Made by a program: the position numbers and the translations under genes. Below the pieces are notes generated by a model, which was not told where the DNA came from, searched no databases, and worked only from the letters and a program-made list of their open reading frames with translations. From IMG/VR virus record IMGVR_UViG_3300044475_000022, positions 1 to 43,215 of that record: 43,215 bases of DNA; one strand, 5' to 3'. Origin of the DNA: a virus. Its lineage: Duplodnaviria > Caudoviricetes. Shown here in pieces: positions 42,728-43,215 of this stretch. How positions within the stretch are numbered: position 1 is the stretch's first letter; every line of letters starts with the position of its first letter.

Positions 42728-42901
42728 TTAAATGTTTGCCTTCTTGATTCGCGCCGTCTTCAAAGCATCCCCAGGCTTGCTGATGTGGAAATATTGCTGC
42801 GCTCGCGTTGGCTCGTGGGCGCTTCTCTTGGCGCGGGAAAGCTCGATGGCAAAGGTGCGCGCCGGGATGGTGAAGGCGTTGGGTTTTGGGACGCGGGTCA
42901 T
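42728..42901 (-). CDS. small basic hypothetical protein (57 aa, not in ORF track)
   Basis: MTRVPKPNAFTIPARTF...; AAGGAGG RBS and ATGA coupling. Confidence 0.55.
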   Translation of the reverse strand: MTRVPKPNAFTIPARTFAIELSRAKRSAHEPTRAQQYFHISKPGDALKTARIKKANI

Positions 42902-43215
42902 TTCTCACCCTCCTTGTAGTTGCACATCGCCTTTGCGTAGGCAATGGCGTGATCTTCTTGCAAGAATACAAGTCCGCGCGTCAACAAATCGGATTGCCAT
43001 TCTTCAATTTCCCAATACGAATCAGCGCACCATTTTTTTAGTGTTGGGTATGGAACATAAAATCGAACTCCAATCCCTGGCGCAACCTTCTCAGGCGCGA
43101 CGCACTCGACGCCGTTGACGGTCACTGTGCGCGGCGCGAGGCGGTATCGGTCTGCATGGTATGCATTGCCATCAGCAACAGCAATCAATAGATCGCTGGA
43201 GTCTTCATTAGCCCA
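42898..43215 (-). CDS. hypothetical protein, 3' part (starts at 310 across the circular junction)
   Basis: continuous with 224-310 through the 127-bp overlap. Confidence 0.75.
   Translation of the reverse strand, partial: WANEDSSDLLIAVADGNAYHADRYRLAPRTVTVNGVECVAPEKVAPGIGVRFYVPYPTLKKWCADSYWEIEEWQSDLLTRGLVFLQEDHAIAYAKAMCNYKEGEK
43089..43215. repeat. 127-bp direct repeat, copy 2
   Basis: identical to 97-223. Confidence 0.9.

Noticed and set aside
42711-42971. Listed 86-aa ORF
   Set aside because: The alternative frame 42728-42901 has a strong RBS and ATGA coupling and avoids large overlaps

Overview
The window is an apparently complete ~43.1 kb tailed dsDNA phage genome. It is circular on assembly: 97-223 repeats exactly at 43089-43215 (127 bp). 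The head/tail gene set is myovirus-type (DUF1073-like portal, gpF/gp7 head protein, DUF2213 protease/scaffold, DUF2184 capsid, DUF3383 sheath, baseplate J, DUF2612). A proteobacterial host is inferred from holin/endolysin/Rz-Rz1 lysis genes and sigma70-type promoters. Two arms diverge from a Cro-type switch at ~1 kb. The + arm carries a non-coding RNA cluster, ERF/exonuclease recombination genes, then head, tail and lysis genes. The - arm carries Rha, DUF1376 replication genes, an HD hydrolase, terminase, portal, HNH and NinG. I recognised no integrase, CI repressor, DNA polymerase, canonical tRNA or CRISPR. Most notable: (1) a tandem array of four tRNA-shaped but non-tRNA structured RNAs at 1631-2158, followed by an anti-SD-like CU-loop RNA; (2) a switch-like structured leader upstream of the Rha/replication operon; (3) a 135-aa mini-intein in TerL; (4) terminase/portal separated from and inverted relative to the head genes, with 25-bp inverted gene-end repeats flanking the structural block; (5) a Mesh1/SAH-like HD hydrolase; (6) an alternative allele of one gene captured in the first 96 bp. 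Family names come from motif recognition by eye, not from database searches.
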